A stretch of DNA of 64,000 bases from Limisphaerales bacterium (GTDB lineage: Bacteria; Verrucomicrobiota; Verrucomicrobiia; Limisphaerales; JAJOIW01): contig CBFHOE010000002.1 of NCBI GenBank assembly GCA_965657355.1, forward strand, positions 423,449-487,448. Direction: 5' to 3'. Position numbers and translations under genes: made by a program. This document shows positions 61,952-64,000 of the stretch, piece after piece; the stretch's first letter is position 1; every line of letters begins with the position of its first letter. The notes under the pieces are model-generated. The model saw nothing but the letters and a program-made list of their open reading frames with translations. It did not search any database and was not told the DNA's origin.

Positions 61952-61996
61952 AACGACTGTATTACGTAATACTACGACACACAGTCGTAATTGCAA
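61952..61996 (-). promoter_or_regulatory. blaI-like promoter with tandem operators
   Basis: TACGAC-N5-GTCGTA (61973-89) lies over the spacer of a minus-strand TTGCAA-N16-TAGTAT promoter; a degenerate copy sits 21 bp away (61952-68). Confidence 0.65.
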
Positions 61997-62122
61997 ATCT
62001 ATTTTTCTCAATTTGCTTCAAGGCATGAAATTTGGAGGTCAGTTAGTTACAATAAATGCCAAGTTTATGCGCTGAAAGAGTGCAAATGAATGAAATTATG
62101 AAAGGAAGCTCCGTGATGAAAG

Positions 62123-62197
62123 TGGTGGGTTGGCAGGGATTCGAACCCTGGACCAATTGGTTAAAAGCCAACTGCTCTACCGCTGAGCTACCAACCC
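62123..62197 (-). tRNA. tRNA-Lys (anticodon UUU)
   Basis: GGGTTGGTAGCTCAGCGGTAGAGCAGTTGGCTTTTAACCAATTGGTCCAGGGTTCGAATCCCTGCCAACCCACCA, a canonical cloverleaf. Confidence 0.97.
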
Positions 62198-62253
62198 ACG
62201 GGCGATGAAGTCTATACCTAAGAGCGACTACATCAAGAAAAAAATTCGAGGAA

Positions 62254-63648
62254 TTATTTAGAACGTCTCGATAGCTTATCAAGGCTCACGGAAAAAGCAC
62301 TTTCGACAATATCCATTGCCTGATTCATCTGGTCAGCATTCACTACCAAAGGTGGTGTAAAAGTGAGAACATTTCCCATGGTTGTTTTAAAACTAAGGCC
62401 CCTGGCGAGGGATTCGTATAGGACCAAATCAGCGAGTTCCGCATTTTCTTCTCTGGTGGCCCGAGATTTCACTAGTTCAACACCAAAAAGGCAACCTCGA
62501 CCGCGTACGTCTCCGATTTCTTCATATTTGCCCTGCATGATTTTGAGCCTTTCCAAAGCCAAAGTCCCGACCGATAGAGCATTTTCCACAAGTTTTTCAT
62601 CCTGAATAATTCGAATTGTTTCTATGGCCGCTCGACAAAGAAAGGGATTTTTTTCGTGGGTATAATGGCCGTAGGAATAATCCTGCAGTATGTTTAGCCT
62701 TTCTGAGGCCAGCATAGCAGCCATGGGCACTATTCCCCCGCCAAGGCTTTTTCCAAGAACCATTAAATCAGGGACTACGTCTTCCCATTCTGAGGAAAAC
62801 ATTTTTCCTGTTTTCCCAAGGCCAGTTGGGATTTCGTCAAAGATCAATAGGGCTCCGAATTCTTCGCAAGCCGCTTTGACAGATTTCCAAAAACCAGGAG
62901 GAGGTATGTATGGAACAGCACGGGTTGGTTCTGCGACAACAGCAGCTACATCACCTTCTTTTTCCAAAACATAACGAATTGTTCTGTAACAGAGTTCTCC
63001 ACTGCCTGACTGAACTCCCCACGCGTTACGATAATCGCCAAATGGAGGGACATGCTCAGTCCCAGGTAATAATGGACCAATGGGGCCACTTCGAAACATT
63101 GCCTCCCCACCGACACTTCGCGCCCCAAAGCCAGCTCCGTGGTAGGCATCCCAAAAAGAAATAGTCTTGAACCGCCCCGTAAAAGCTCTCGCGTAACTCA
63201 ATGCTATTTCAAGGGCATCATTGCCTGATGGAGCTAATAATAGCCTGGAAAGATCGCCAGGCGCTATTTGAGTCAGAAGATTTCCCAGATCTAAAGCCTC
63301 CTGACATGCAAATCTTCTCGGAGAGAAGGATAAAAGGTCTAATTGGTCCTTTAATGCGTCTACCAGTCTGGGGTGGCCATACCCAATATGGTGGACATTA
63401 TTACCATGAAAATCCATATACCGATTTCCATCGTGGTCTATGATATAAATGCCCTCCACCTTTTTGGTGACGGATAAACAAGGAGTCGAGACCGACTGGT
63501 GCATAAAGACTGACGCATCCTGAGCCAAAATTTTCCGTGATTCATGGCTGAGGTGAGAATTTTGCCAAAGTGAGCGATTGGGTGATGTATTGAGGTCTCC
63601 TTCACCTGGGTTCGGATTGGGACTTGGGTTTGGATGACAATCTTTCAT
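62254..63648 (-). CDS. pbfA: Class III PLP enzyme, (R)-1-hydroxy-2-aminoethylphosphonate ammonia-lyase-like
   Basis: EGDLN.SP.R..W, FMHQSVSTPCL, MDFHGNNVH, DEIPTGLGKTG, LGKSLGGG, HYTHEKNP, GLSFK. Confidence 0.75.
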   Translation of the reverse strand: MKDCHPNPSPNPNPGEGDLNTSPNRSLWQNSHLSHESRKILAQDASVFMHQSVSTPCLSVTKKVEGIYIIDHDGNRYMDFHGNNVHHIGYGHPRLVDALKDQLDLLSFSPRRFACQEALDLGNLLTQIAPGDLSRLLLAPSGNDALEIALSYARAFTGRFKTISFWDAYHGAGFGARSVGGEAMFRSGPIGPLLPGTEHVPPFGDYRNAWGVQSGSGELCYRTIRYVLEKEGDVAAVVAEPTRAVPYIPPPGFWKSVKAACEEFGALLIFDEIPTGLGKTGKMFSSEWEDVVPDLMVLGKSLGGGIVPMAAMLASERLNILQDYSYGHYTHEKNPFLCRAAIETIRIIQDEKLVENALSVGTLALERLKIMQGKYEEIGDVRGRGCLFGVELVKSRATREENAELADLVLYESLARGLSFKTTMGNVLTFTPPLVVNADQMNQAMDIVESAFSVSLDKLSRRSK

Positions 63649-63752
63649 TTCAACTCTTTTGAAGTATCATATGAATCTAGGAATAAATCAATCCAGCCAA
63701 TCGAATACGATTCGAACTTGTCACTGGCCAACACAATGTTCACAATTTTGTG

Positions 63753-64000
63753 ATGCAAGATTACTTGAGGAGATTAACCACAGCGAAAAGGTACCGATTA
63801 TTCGGCTTGGTCATTTCTCTGACCTTCTTTTTCTCAGCATGTCAACCAGATACCAAAAAGGAGGAACCACAGGACAAAGTTTTGACATTAGTAAATAGAG
63901 GAAAAGGACTTTATGACGCTGGAAAGTTTAATGAGTCAATCGAGCACTTCAAAACAGCTAGAGACATTTTTCCCAGCGACGTCCACTTGCTCTTGAATTA
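63753..64000 (+). CDS. TPR lipoprotein (N-terminal part; runs off the window edge)
   Basis: My translation: MQDYLRR...LVISLTFFFSAC QPD...NRGKGLYDAGKFNESIEHFKTA (lipobox plus TPR); open to the window end. Confidence 0.7.
   Translation, partial: MQDYLRRLTTAKRYRLFGLVISLTFFFSACQPDTKKEEPQDKVLTLVNRGKGLYDAGKFNESIEHFKTARDIFPSDVHLLLN

Noticed and set aside
32345..62122. att-site duplications of the tRNA 3' ends, integrase, IS or CRISPR array
   Set aside because: No convincing repeat of either tRNA end, no recombinase or transposase motifs, and no regularly spaced repeats found by eye.
62043..62282. 79-aa ORF in the track
   Set aside because: It is a translation through the tRNA-Lys gene.
1..64000. 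Selenoprotein (in-frame UGA readthrough) suggested by tRNA-Sec
   Set aside because: The UGA-ending genes I checked (ilvE, SNF2, 13803 ORF, asnS) are full-length or hit another stop shortly after. No Cys-aligned UGA was seen.

Overview
A 64 kb bacterial chromosome segment, AT-rich, most likely from a marine Verrucomicrobiota/PVC organism. The taxonomy is an inference from the ilvE-mcsB neighbourhood, DUF1592/DUF1552 and DUF1501 genes and a SWIM-SNF2 helicase. Bases 1-32.3 kb are mostly core genes: mcsB (partial), ilvE, lolD plus a LolC/E permease, a hybrid histidine kinase, SNF2 helicase, a probable 6S RNA, asnS, hisF, a LpoB/TPR/YcfL lipoprotein operon, an RND pump, rnr and tRNA-Sec. About 29.8 kb between tRNA-Sec(+) and tRNA-Lys(-), whose 3' ends both point inward, looks accessory. 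It holds glycan/ester hydrolases, a type III PKS cluster, PadR and BlaI repressor-sensor pairs with visible operators, a second RND pump and pseudogene debris. The most unusual element is an unannotated module at about 43.9-45.5 kb: a densely base-paired, pseudoknotted ~240 nt non-coding element, an array of GTAAGG-N5-CCTTAC palindromes around a TTGACA promoter, a 48-aa membrane peptide ORF and a RecT/Redbeta-like gene. All family calls come from motif recognition by eye; no database searches were run.
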